Shown here one piece after another: positions 40,700 to 50,229 of a stretch of 64,000 nucleotides of DNA (position 1 is the stretch's first letter; each line of letters begins with the position of its first letter). The notes below the pieces were generated by a model. It was not told the DNA's origin. It made no database searches and saw nothing but the letters and a program-made list of their open reading frames with translations. The translations under genes were made by a program, and so were the position numbers. The DNA is from a virus, in IMG/VR virus record IMGVR_UViG_3300025120_000001, positions 48,135-112,134 of that record. One strand, 5' to 3'.

Positions 40700-43600
40700 T
40701 TAAGGTGTACAGTCTGCACATGCGGCATAACTACTATCTAAATTAACACTTACTTCTTGTGCTGCAGATGAACAATTGTCTACAACAGTTAAGCATTTAC
40801 TTGATAAGCTTGCCCATTCTGGTCTACCACCACTTGCCGCTAATGTAGCACCAGGATTTGTTAATTTAATCACTGAACCTACACCTATAGTTCCACAACT
40901 ATGATCTGTAATTCTTACAGAATAAGGACCCCAAGCACCAGCACAATCCTGTACTACATATGTACCTGAAGCTGGAACTGTTCCTGCTGGATATGCATCA
41001 GCTGCACTTTTTATTGCTCTAGTAAGTAAAGTTCTAAATGTACCTACACCATCTTTTATATCGTTCCATTCAGAAGGACTATCTTCTTGATCTAATAAAG
41101 CTAACGCTGCGTAGTCATAGACATCATTTCTAAATAGTTGAGTAATAGTATGACTTGGTGTTAAAGATCCCGTATAAGGCATCGTACTAGCAATTCCTTG
41201 CAATATAAAACTACTTACATCAGGGGCGGTTCTGATCCCATATTTACTAGGTGGAATTAATTCAGCTGTGTAAGCTGAAATCATTTGCAATATATTAGCT
41301 GCATCAGCTGCACCTGAACCATTTAATACTAATGGATATAGTACCGTAGATAGACCATCAGGAAATTGATTTGATGTAATACCTGCTCCTTGAGCCCACA
41401 CACTAGTTTGCGTTCCTGCTAACATGTCTATTAATGCATCATAATCTTCTTTGTAAGGTCCTGTAGGTTGAGCAGTTAAACCACTTCCGTATCCAGAAAC
41501 TAATGTTGAATCATGATAATCACCGCTAGAGTCATTTGAAAATATTAATGCTATTGCAGCATTTTTATAAACACCAGCTCCAGTTCCTCCAGGCCAAGTT
41601 TCTGGTAATTCCTCCAATGCTTGCCAAGATAAATCAGATGATTGAAGCCAGCTAGCACCATCATCAACAATAGACTTATGATAGCCTAACCATCTTTTAG
41701 AATCTGTAGGGATAAAATATATGTTACCTGTATAGCCAAATTCTGTATTCCAGTATGTACTTAGTATGCCAAAACCAGCTCTCAATTGACCACCTCTAAC
41801 AGAGCTTATACCATTTGTATTTACAAAAACATAAATGTCTTGATCTGTATAGTCTAACTTTACATTTTCAGCAATCATTTGTACTTGAACCGTAATTGTG
41901 GCTAAAGAACAACTCTCTGCTCCTGGAATAGTAGGTTGTAATTGAACTTGGAATGTATCCGCATAATCTTGTTCTCCTGACGGATTAATTGATGTATACG
42001 TAAATTGATTTGCAACTGCGCCTTGCACAACTGAACCTAATACTGGATTAACTATAATACTCATATCTGGATCACCTCCGCCTAATACGTATGGTATAGT
42101 TATATCCACACTATCTCCGTTATTTCCGCATAATACTTGAATAGGATCAGATAATAAGAATGTAGGGCAAGTACAACATTCAACAACAGATCTAACTGAG
42201 TTAGTTGCATTATCCCATCCTGCATATAGATATTTTGTACTTCCTGTTAAATCATTTATTTTTCCAACAAAGAACCAATAAGTATCAGCAGATCCGCCAA
42301 ATACAGTATAGGTTTTTGCTCCGCATTCTAAAAATTGTCTTGCTACCTCAACGCCAGCTGGACAAGCCGCTATTAAAGATGTTGATGCGCATTCTTGAGG
42401 GCTTTGCAATGTAGTCCAAACCCCTGTAGCAAAATCATATCTTAATATAGTTGGGATACTTAATAAGGGTCCTGTACAAGTTGTTTGAACCTTTATATAA
42501 ACGGATCCGCTTGTTTGAGAAGTTGAGATAGCTCTTACGCCATCCGCTCCTGTAACTAAACCGTTATATGTAATACCATCTATACTCCAAGATATCTCCG
42601 CACTAAGAGGAGAGGGTTCTGTACCATAACTAACAGTTACCGCAACATCTCCAGGAGTACCAAGATAATCCATGGTAGGACTTGATATAATTGGAGAATC
42701 ACAAGGAACAGTAGCTCCTATATTTTCTGTTTTAATTATATAATCTGTTTTGTCAAACCAATATCTATTAACAACAACCCCGGTATCATGTAAACCTAAG
42801 AAAATATCTGTTGATTCTACAGCTGCGGTGGACGGTGTATTAATTTCTCTATCTGAGCATATTACTCCAGGAATTAATACATTTTGAGGAGGACATGTAA
42901 CTCTTGAGTTAGCACCTCCAATAACTGAAATTGTAACAGCGTATACCTCACCTCCAACTGCGCCTGTAAATGTATGTTGAACTGCAGTTGATGGGTTAAC
43001 AATTGTTGTTGATCCTAATAATACTCCTGTAGTATTACTTGTAGCATCTATTTGATACGTTACACCGTCTCCTAAATTATTAATAAAACTTACTACTATA
43101 CTGTTGGTACTAGGTGTTAGAGTTACTCCTGAAGGACACGGTAAAGTAACCGGTATAATTACTTGCTGTCTATCTGCACATTGTGAGTTTCCATCAGTTA
43201 CACAAAATGGAATACTTAAATTTAATGAACCAAGTGTATTTAATGATGAAACATCAATATTAACTCCTGCAGTTGACGATACTAATCCGGATATATTAAT
43301 ATTTTGAGTAGTTGAACTTCCATCTGAATCTGTAACTGTTACTGTAGTAATTCCATTACAATCTGTAAAACCAACTGGGATTAGTGTTGCTTGAAAATTT
43401 AAATTAATTGCATCAGGAAGACCGTTTCCATTAGTATCTATAATATTGTACGTAAACACAAGATTTGCTGCATCACAATCTTTTGGTAAAACTCTTTGTA
43501 ATTCTGATACTGCAGAATATAAATCACCAATAGTTTTCCACTGATTTGAATTAGATTCTGCCAAGTTACTAGGATTACTATTCCAACCTGTTATATCTCC

Positions 43601-44305
43601 CATTGTTCCAGCAACAGCTAATCTTGCATCTGAAGATGAAATTGATTGCGCTGATATTGCTCTATTTATAGCAGTCACGGATCCTACAGCATCTGAGTCT
43701 TGAAAAACTTTAGATTCAAGGCCTAGTGTTAATGCTGATATCCTCATTGATTGCCCCGGTCTAATTCCATTAGAAATTACTTCAAAATCAACATCAGGTC
43801 TTCCTTCACAAGGTAGTACACATGCTTCTAAAGTACTTATTCTAGCATCTATGTTTGAGATGTTTTGATTAAGTACATTAACCATTTCTATAATAGAACA
43901 CAGTTGAACACCTATTAAACCAGCCCATTCGTCTGCAGGAAGTTCTGTAACTAAACCTCCCGTTTTGCTTTCATACTGCAAACACTTTGGAAGAGGTAAA
44001 ATTGTGATTTCTTTACTTCCCCCAGAATTAGTACAAGCATAATCTATAATTACTTGCAATGTAGCAACTAAATCTGCAGGTGTCTCAGCAGTCATGCATG
44101 ATATATCTAATCCTGTAAGATCTGGCTCACATGTACAAGCGGCATCAACAATTTCACATAATTTTGTAGCTAGAGCTGCAACAACATCACTGATAGTATC
44201 ACCATTGCATAGATCTATACATGAGATATCCGGCCCTTGCCATATAACGCAGTTTGATGAAACCGGTGTACAAGGTGAAGTAGTATTTTGTTTTGAAGGT
44301 ATCAT
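40700..44305 (-). CDS. Putative tail fibre/spike (Cys-rich N-terminus, coiled coil, FN3/Ig-like repeats, possible degenerate vWA-like domain)
   Basis: 1201 aa; CTPVSSNCVIWQGPDISC head, LNQNISNIDARISTLE heptads, Thr/Ser/Val-rich beta domains. Confidence 0.62.
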   Translation of the reverse strand: MIPSKQNTTSPCTPVSSNCVIWQGPDISCIDLCNGDTISDVVAALATKLCEIVDAACTCEPDLTGLDISCMTAETPADLVATLQVIIDYACTNSGGSKEITILPLPKCLQYESKTGGLVTELPADEWAGLIGVQLCSIIEMVNVLNQNISNIDARISTLEACVLPCEGRPDVDFEVISNGIRPGQSMRISALTLGLESKVFQDSDAVGSVTAINRAISAQSISSSDARLAVAGTMGDITGWNSNPSNLAESNSNQWKTIGDLYSAVSELQRVLPKDCDAANLVFTYNIIDTNGNGLPDAINLNFQATLIPVGFTDCNGITTVTVTDSDGSSTTQNINISGLVSSTAGVNIDVSSLNTLGSLNLSIPFCVTDGNSQCADRQQVIIPVTLPCPSGVTLTPSTNSIVVSFINNLGDGVTYQIDATSNTTGVLLGSTTIVNPSTAVQHTFTGAVGGEVYAVTISVIGGANSRVTCPPQNVLIPGVICSDREINTPSTAAVESTDIFLGLHDTGVVVNRYWFDKTDYIIKTENIGATVPCDSPIISSPTMDYLGTPGDVAVTVSYGTEPSPLSAEISWSIDGITYNGLVTGADGVRAISTSQTSGSVYIKVQTTCTGPLLSIPTILRYDFATGVWTTLQSPQECASTSLIAACPAGVEVARQFLECGAKTYTVFGGSADTYWFFVGKINDLTGSTKYLYAGWDNATNSVRSVVECCTCPTFLLSDPIQVLCGNNGDSVDITIPYVLGGGDPDMSIIVNPVLGSVVQGAVANQFTYTSINPSGEQDYADTFQVQLQPTIPGAESCSLATITVQVQMIAENVKLDYTDQDIYVFVNTNGISSVRGGQLRAGFGILSTYWNTEFGYTGNIYFIPTDSKRWLGYHKSIVDDGASWLQSSDLSWQALEELPETWPGGTGAGVYKNAAIALIFSNDSSGDYHDSTLVSGYGSGLTAQPTGPYKEDYDALIDMLAGTQTSVWAQGAGITSNQFPDGLSTVLYPLVLNGSGAADAANILQMISAYTAELIPPSKYGIRTAPDVSSFILQGIASTMPYTGSLTPSHTITQLFRNDVYDYAALALLDQEDSPSEWNDIKDGVGTFRTLLTRAIKSAADAYPAGTVPASGTYVVQDCAGAWGPYSVRITDHSCGTIGVGSVIKLTNPGATLAASGGRPEWASLSSKCLTVVDNCSSAAQEVSVNLDSSYAACADCTP

Positions 44306-44333
44306 AGTATATATAATATAATAATTTTTAATT

Positions 44334-44552
44334 TTATCCTAAATCATTGCAATCAATTGCCTTACTAATTAGACCTTCAGTTCTTTGTAGGGTAGTGTTT
44401 TGTAATTCTTCCCAATTGCAAGCTTCACGTTTAATTGTAATAGATTGAAAATCAAAAAAACAACATGGGGTAAGCCCATACCTTCTAGATTTAAAATCTT
44501 GGTATGCTGCATCTGCAAATTCTGTTTCTATTTTAATTTTTTCCACAGGCAT
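44334..44552 (-). CDS. Small hypothetical structural-module protein
   Basis: 72 aa, co-oriented and tightly packed; RYGLTPCC. Confidence 0.6.
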   Translation of the reverse strand: MPVEKIKIETEFADAAYQDFKSRRYGLTPCCFFDFQSITIKREACNWEELQNTTLQRTEGLISKAIDCNDLG

Positions 44553-44555
44553 TAT

Positions 44556-44726
44556 TTATCTTAATTGTCTTTTAGCTCTTTCTAAAGTTCTTGTTAATTT
44601 ATCAGCCGGCACACTAATACCACTATTATAAGCACTAACGCATGATTTATGAATGGTTTTACCATCTTTAGCTTTTGTCTTTTGACATCCACAAGAAAAT
44701 CCTTTACTACAATGCGCACATTTCAT
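44556..44726 (-). CDS. 56-aa Cys/His protein (CxxC...CGC...HxxC), possible zinc finger (not in ORF track)
   Basis: Hand translation MKCAHCSKGFSCGCQKTKAKDGKTIHKSCVSAYNSG...; fills the intergenic gap. Confidence 0.7.
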   Translation of the reverse strand: MKCAHCSKGFSCGCQKTKAKDGKTIHKSCVSAYNSGISVPADKLTRTLERAKRQLR

Positions 44727-44736
44727 ATATATTAGT

Positions 44737-45294
44737 TTAACAGTTGCTAGGTGATGTAGTACAAAGTATCTTTCTCAATCTACGTAAAGCATAATCATAC
44801 ATTGACATTCCCTTACCCGGGTTATGACAATATTCAACTTGAGCTTTTGCTGAGTCAATTAAAATGCGTAGATAGTTTATCTCACGTATAAGATCTTCTT
44901 TATCAGAAGATGGCTCACAATCAGATAAATTTAATCCGCATAATACTTCATAATATAAATTTAAAATTGCTGTTGTACGTAAATGATTATATTCCACAAA
45001 AGTTTCAGCATTTGGAGACAGACTATATCTAATAACATAAATACCATCTGGCAGTGCTATATTCTCTTCACCACAGTTTGTTGTTTGTATTTTAAGATCA
45101 CAACCCGCCAAGTTCAAATCAAAACCAGGAGTAACTTCAATTAGTGCAGGGCTATTAAAACCCGGTACTGTAATTAATAGTTCAGGACAGTCTTTTGCTA
45201 CAATATCAGAATACTGACTTGTATCCCTTATAGATAAGATCTCACAGTTTGCAACTATCGGAACCTCTAAACTTAAGATATGCTTTTCAGCCAT
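44737..45294 (-). CDS. Putative tail hub/fibre-attachment protein
   Basis: 185 aa; DTSQY and LPDGIYVIRY motifs; lies upstream of the fibre genes. Confidence 0.5.
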   Translation of the reverse strand: MAEKHILSLEVPIVANCEILSIRDTSQYSDIVAKDCPELLITVPGFNSPALIEVTPGFDLNLAGCDLKIQTTNCGEENIALPDGIYVIRYSLSPNAETFVEYNHLRTTAILNLYYEVLCGLNLSDCEPSSDKEDLIREINYLRILIDSAKAQVEYCHNPGKGMSMYDYALRRLRKILCTTSPSNC

Positions 45295-45318
45295 GGATTA
45301 AATATTTATACGTACAAT

Positions 45319-45336
45319 AATAATATACAAAAAAAA
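45319..45336 (-). promoter_or_regulatory. Putative late promoter TTTTGTATATTATT
   Basis: Directly downstream of a terminator, 24 nt upstream of 45294. Confidence 0.6.
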
Positions 45337-45345
45337 CAGGAATAT

Positions 45346-45378
45346 AAAAAGAAAGGCGAGATATAAATCTCACCTTTC
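45346..45378 (-). terminator. Rho-independent terminator
   Basis: Minus strand GAAAGGTGAGAT-TTAT-ATCTCGCCTTTC followed by TTTTT. Confidence 0.8.
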
Positions 45379-45401
45379 AATTTTAGATATGTATGTTTAG
45401 T

Positions 45402-46865
45402 TTATAGTCCAGCCTCTACTTCAACTGTATAATTACCAACAGCAGCACATTGCGTTGCAATGGCAGCCCATAGAGTATCCATTTTAGTTGCAGTTGCACC
45501 ATCACCACACTCTACAAAGATCTGATATAAATACTGATCATTGTCAAATACCCCACTTGGGTTATTTAAACGTGGAACACTGTGTTGTAAGTAATATACT
45601 TTGTACAACTTAGTTCTATCAACAGCAGCTAAGATTGGATCAAATCCTTCAATTTCACGGATTCTAGAAGAATCTCTGTTTCCTTGGTTAAATGGATTTT
45701 GAGCATATCTCTCAGTTAACAATAAAGCTCTAAGAACAGTCTCTCCTGAAGTATTAGCCATTTGTCCTGGAGTAGCTGTAGCAACACCACAGTCATTACA
45801 AGGATTTCCTGTCTCGTCTAACAAAGAAAGAATAATAGATACAGGTTCTTTTCCGTAGAAATCTCTAGTATCAAATGAACAGTCGCCAAATTTAGTGTCA
45901 ATATAAGCACCAACTACACAAGCTCTAGCAGAAACTTTGTCTGCTACTGGGTCAAGTGAAACTGGAGTATAAGTTCCATCAAGTGCTTCAGCTAAAGTAT
46001 AAGATGTTTCCACACCATTTACAATTGCAACAATACCTTCAGCAGAAACCTTAACTACAACAGTTGCAGTAGCATCACCACCAGTAATAGTAACAACGTC
46101 ACCTTCTGTATATCCGCTACCTATCGCATCTCCAAGTGCAACCGCAGTTACTACACCAGCTGCTGCAGTAATGTCAAGAGTTAGTCCTGAACCAGTTCCA
46201 CCCGTAACAGCTACGTCATTAGCAGTAACATAAGATGCAGTACCACCGAAAATTGTACCAAATCCAGTTACATTGTTACCTTCAGCAACAAATGGTTTAA
46301 CAATAGGATCAGCAATTGTCATCTGCATAGCAGCAGCAAGAGCTAAAACTGGATCAAGATATTCTTGACCATCAGCACAGCAAAGTCCTGGTAGTGGTCC
46401 GCCATTAGCAGCCGCATCACCTGAACTATCACCAATTGCATAAGCATTGTGATTTAAAAAACGAAGTGCTGGACTTCCTTTTACGTCCATTCTTAAAAAT
46501 AGATTCTCTCCACATGGAGCACATGTAGATCCTACAGTAACACAAGCAGTAGCTTGTTTTAAAGTAGTACAAGCAGAAACACCTAATCTACTAACGTAGT
46601 TAAAGTTAATTCCTTTTGATTTGATTGATTCTTTGTAACCCCCATGTCCTGGGTTGTTACCGATGTTGTCAGCATTGTGGAAGTTTCCACCTACTAAGTA
46701 AGCTAGATGTTTTGCAGTAGCAATGTCAGCAGCTGAATCAGAGAGCCAAGTTCTTGAATCTACTAGAGCTAAATCTCCAGCGCCCAATGCACTTGTAGCT
46801 ACACCATCAGCAGCAACATCTGTTGCAAGCCAGCTTTTTGAAAAAGCATGATTAAAATAAGCCAT
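45402..46865 (-). CDS. Putative auxiliary capsid (decoration) protein, crAss gene-73 position
   Basis: 487 aa, Ala/Gly/Thr-rich; own promoter and terminator suggest high expression; third conserved gene downstream of MCP. Confidence 0.6.
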   Translation of the reverse strand: MAYFNHAFSKSWLATDVAADGVATSALGAGDLALVDSRTWLSDSAADIATAKHLAYLVGGNFHNADNIGNNPGHGGYKESIKSKGINFNYVSRLGVSACTTLKQATACVTVGSTCAPCGENLFLRMDVKGSPALRFLNHNAYAIGDSSGDAAANGGPLPGLCCADGQEYLDPVLALAAAMQMTIADPIVKPFVAEGNNVTGFGTIFGGTASYVTANDVAVTGGTGSGLTLDITAAAGVVTAVALGDAIGSGYTEGDVVTITGGDATATVVVKVSAEGIVAIVNGVETSYTLAEALDGTYTPVSLDPVADKVSARACVVGAYIDTKFGDCSFDTRDFYGKEPVSIILSLLDETGNPCNDCGVATATPGQMANTSGETVLRALLLTERYAQNPFNQGNRDSSRIREIEGFDPILAAVDRTKLYKVYYLQHSVPRLNNPSGVFDNDQYLYQIFVECGDGATATKMDTLWAAIATQCAAVGNYTVEVEAGL

Positions 46866-46915
46866 TTTTTTTTATTTTATAAATTTAGAAATACAATTTG
46901 CCCACTTTGGACATA

Positions 46916-46930
46916 TATAATATACAAAAA
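46916..46930 (-). promoter_or_regulatory. Putative late promoter TTTTTGTATATTATA
   Basis: Recurring intergenic motif; 50 nt upstream of 46865. Confidence 0.6.
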
Positions 46931-46954
46931 CTTTTTTGATAAAACAAAAGAAAT

Positions 46955-47662
46955 TTAGTTAGATCTTTCAGCAGCTTGTTGCTCTCTTTGCATTTGATTA
47001 TAATTGTCATAATCACCAGCAATAATTGCAGCCGCTTCATCTAATATAAGTTCTACAATATCATCTTTAAATTCTGATTCTACATCTACAATAGAAACTA
47101 AACCAGTATATGGATTTAGTATTCCTGTAAATTGAATATAAGTAGGTCTTCTATAGTACGTTAAAATAGGATCAACAATATCAAAATCTTTGTTTCTATA
47201 TATTCTGATTGTATTTCCTAATAGAGTACAGAAGGTTTCAGCCCAATCATAACTAGGATTTTTTAAAGGATCTCTCAAATTAAGATTAACATTAGCCTCT
47301 TCTGTAAGATATACTGACATTGGGAGATTATTTGGACAGCATTCATTTTTAGCACTAGCACTAATTCTTTTATACTCCAAATAATCTTCTGTTGGAAAGT
47401 TATCTGTTTCAAAATAAGTATCTACTTGGGCGCCTGTTAGTGGTAACTCTTGTAATAAAACTTGCATATCATCAATACGCCTTTTAGAGAATTCATCTCC
47501 TTCTTTATATACGTTACCACCATGAAGCTGTCTTCTAGACCACTCTACAGCAGCTTTATTAAATGCCTCAATTACTTGCCATTTTTCAATGTTATCATAG
47601 TCGTTGCTATCTAACTTATTAAGCCTTTGCTTTAATTTTATTTGTAGAGTGTTATTATCCAT
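46955..47662 (-). CDS. Putative ring/neck protein, crAss gene-74 position
   Basis: LNKLDSNDY...FNKA...RRIDDMQVLL...LTYYRRP...IVELILDEAA; synteny. Confidence 0.62.
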   Translation of the reverse strand: MDNNTLQIKLKQRLNKLDSNDYDNIEKWQVIEAFNKAAVEWSRRQLHGGNVYKEGDEFSKRRIDDMQVLLQELPLTGAQVDTYFETDNFPTEDYLEYKRISASAKNECCPNNLPMSVYLTEEANVNLNLRDPLKNPSYDWAETFCTLLGNTIRIYRNKDFDIVDPILTYYRRPTYIQFTGILNPYTGLVSIVDVESEFKDDIVELILDEAAAIIAGDYDNYNQMQREQQAAERSN

Positions 47663-48678
47663 TATGCGTTCCAGTAAGGTTCAACTTTATCCATTAAAGT
47701 TTTTAATATTTCATCATTCTCAGGATTCTGCAAGAATGAAACCACTTCGCTTGGAACCTTTCCTAGTCTAACACTATTATCTAAAGGTTCAATAAATCCA
47801 TTTGCTTTTAATAACATAAATCTGTAAAACATACAATCCTTAACTAAAGCTCTAATCTTTAAGTTTTTCATGCTGTCTTCTGCAGCATCAATAAATGTTT
47901 TTGCTGCACGTTTTTTACTAGACTCCGTTCCTCTACCGTTTATAAACAGATCCATGTTTTCATAGATAATATCTACTTGGGTAGATTTAGTATACTGAAC
48001 GCTATCTGCATCTGCTACTTTTGCAACATACATTAGTTTGCTTGTATTCTTTGTATATAGTTCTTCTAGTTTAACTAAAGCTCTATTTTTAAGTTTAGTA
48101 TATTCAGTTCTTGTAGATACCGTTTCATCTGATTGATCTAAATAAAACTTTTTAGGGTTAGGTGATTTCTTAGCGTCTTTAAGTGAGCTAGATATCATTG
48201 AGAATCCGCCTGCATTAATTGCATGTATCTTAATCAGATCATAAGGATCTTTTGAAGGATCTAAAAATACAGGTTCATTTCCACATCTAAGTTCTATTCT
48301 AGACCAAAATGCATCATTATCAGGTTTTAGCAATGTAACCTTATTCCAAAAGTCTTTATCTTCTGGGTCAAGAATGTTTGCAGCAAGTTCAGCTTCTAAC
48401 TGAGTTACAACCTTTCTAATTTCTTTTACTTTAATTTCTTTTTCTCCTGGGGATAGTTTTTTTATTTCAGGAGCAAATTCATTTAGCCCAGTAACATATC
48501 TCTTTATTCCGTTTAATTCTAAACATGCTAAAGATTCTTGATGCCATACTCCTTCATGAAGTGACATTCCATATGATTCTAATCCCATGTTTTCTCTTTC
48601 TGGGTTAAAATAAGGTCTAATAGCTACAGTACCATCTTTACTTTGTTGATACTTTTCTACAATAGTGTAATCTTCCAT
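47662..48678 (-). CDS. Conserved crAss-like structural-module protein (gene-75 position)
   Basis: RYVTGLNEFAPEI...DFWN...FLDPSKDP; likely ATG at 48678 after the leader AAAACCAAAACAAAA (ORF track extends to a TTG). Confidence 0.62.
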   Translation of the reverse strand: MEDYTIVEKYQQSKDGTVAIRPYFNPERENMGLESYGMSLHEGVWHQESLACLELNGIKRYVTGLNEFAPEIKKLSPGEKEIKVKEIRKVVTQLEAELAANILDPEDKDFWNKVTLLKPDNDAFWSRIELRCGNEPVFLDPSKDPYDLIKIHAINAGGFSMISSSLKDAKKSPNPKKFYLDQSDETVSTRTEYTKLKNRALVKLEELYTKNTSKLMYVAKVADADSVQYTKSTQVDIIYENMDLFINGRGTESSKKRAAKTFIDAAEDSMKNLKIRALVKDCMFYRFMLLKANGFIEPLDNSVRLGKVPSEVVSFLQNPENDEILKTLMDKVEPYWNA

Positions 48679-48802
48679 TTTTGTTTTGGTTTTTAAATTA
48701 TTAATTGTTTTACTCAAAAGTACATAATTATGTACACTTATTAATTAATATTTCTAATGCCGGTCGTTAAACCGGCAGTAGTTATTTGAGTAATTATTCA
48801 GA

Positions 48803-49456
48803 TTATAAATCTGCGTACTTCTTATCTGTTTTTTCCACAGGTCCTGCTAACTCTTTAACAGAATCTGATTTAGCTTTCCTAAGTCTATCAGAAAAACTTG
48901 CCACTGTAGTAAATTTAGTATGAACTGACTCAGTTAACTCTTTTTTCTTAGATATCTTCTTATCAAGAGCTCTCTGAGCTTCCTTATCTAGTTCATTTAC
49001 TTCAGGATCAAATAGTAAAGCTACTCTAAAAGTAGACTGCATCATATCAAAGGAATTTAAGAAAAAACTTTTTACTTTATCTTTTCTTTTTTCCGCACTT
49101 CCTTTTTCAAGAAGTGCTTTTTCTTTAATAATATCAGCCGCAGCTTCTTCATCTGCAGTTCCAGTTTTTGAAGCAGCTTCATCAAATACTCTTTCATAGT
49201 CACTTGGAGTACCTATACCTTCTTTTTTAATTTTAGTTACAGAGTCATAAGCAGAATCTGTTGCTGCCAATCTTGCATCCACAGCTTTATCCTCTGCCCA
49301 TATACCTTGTGAGCTTTTGTTTCTAAGTGTATTAGTATCAACTGTAACTGCATTTTCAGTATACATTCTTTGAGAGAATACAGCATCTGTATAAGCCAAC
49401 TCTTTTACTCTATCATCTTTCAATGGTGCTTCTTTTGCATATAATTCTTCAGCCAT
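48803..49456 (-). CDS. Hypothetical charged helical protein
   Basis: 217-aa ORF with A-rich leader; no recognisable motif. Confidence 0.6.
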   Translation of the reverse strand: MAEELYAKEAPLKDDRVKELAYTDAVFSQRMYTENAVTVDTNTLRNKSSQGIWAEDKAVDARLAATDSAYDSVTKIKKEGIGTPSDYERVFDEAASKTGTADEEAAADIIKEKALLEKGSAEKRKDKVKSFFLNSFDMMQSTFRVALLFDPEVNELDKEAQRALDKKISKKKELTESVHTKFTTVASFSDRLRKAKSDSVKELAGPVEKTDKKYADL

Positions 49457-49482
49457 TTTTTTTAAGTTTTAAATATTAATAA

Positions 49483-50166
49483 TTAAGGTAATAGTGTAAC
49501 ATCTGCCGTTGAATAACACAAGAATTCATAATTTACAAATATCTCTGCTGTAGATTCAACACCATTATCAGGACTCACAATTACACCAAAATCTACATCA
49601 ACTGAATTGTCTACATTAGCCGCATTATTAAATGCTGAAATTGATGTTTGATCTGTTTGAATTGCTTTACCATCATTTGCACCACCAGATGTATCTGTCA
49701 TATCAGATCCATTCTGAAATGTAGATATAATCTTAGTACCTGCTGGAGCCAAAGCACTATCATCAGCCTTTACACAACCACCTACATTATACGGAAGATA
49801 AAATCCTCCAGGAGTTACACCTCCATCAGGAGAGCCAATTCTAACAGTGTTTATATCAACCAATGTATTTGCATCATTTAGAAAATGAAATGAAATTAAT
49901 TTATATCCAACTAATTTGACACCATCTGCAAACTCAATTTCAGTTGCAGTTCTCTGCAATGTTGATGAAGGAAGTGCAGCAGAAGTTGTTGAACTAGACA
50001 TACCATCTGAGACTAGTTGAAAACCTTTTTCTGTTGCTTCACCTAAAGCATTAACATGAGATAACCTAGCAACCTGAATTGTGCTATCACCTTTTTTTCC
50101 TGCTCTTACATCTTTCCCTATATACTTATCTGGAAAAAGAGCTTTTATTCTTTCTATAAAGTTCAT
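49483..50166 (-). CDS. Putative minor head/fibre protein
   Basis: 227 aa directly after the MCP terminator; ARLSHVNAL followed by a beta-rich domain. Confidence 0.5.
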   Translation of the reverse strand: MNFIERIKALFPDKYIGKDVRAGKKGDSTIQVARLSHVNALGEATEKGFQLVSDGMSSSTTSAALPSSTLQRTATEIEFADGVKLVGYKLISFHFLNDANTLVDINTVRIGSPDGGVTPGGFYLPYNVGGCVKADDSALAPAGTKIISTFQNGSDMTDTSGGANDGKAIQTDQTSISAFNNAANVDNSVDVDFGVIVSPDNGVESTAEIFVNYEFLCYSTADVTLLP

Positions 50167-50189
50167 TTTTTAAAGTTTTAAATATTAAA

Positions 50190-50217
50190 CAAAAAAGGGG
50201 AGAATTAACTCCCCCTT
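50190..50217 (-). terminator. Rho-independent terminator after MCP
   Basis: Minus strand AAGGGGGAG-TTAATT-CTCCCCTT followed by TTTT. Confidence 0.82.
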
Positions 50218-50229
50218 AATAATTGTTAT

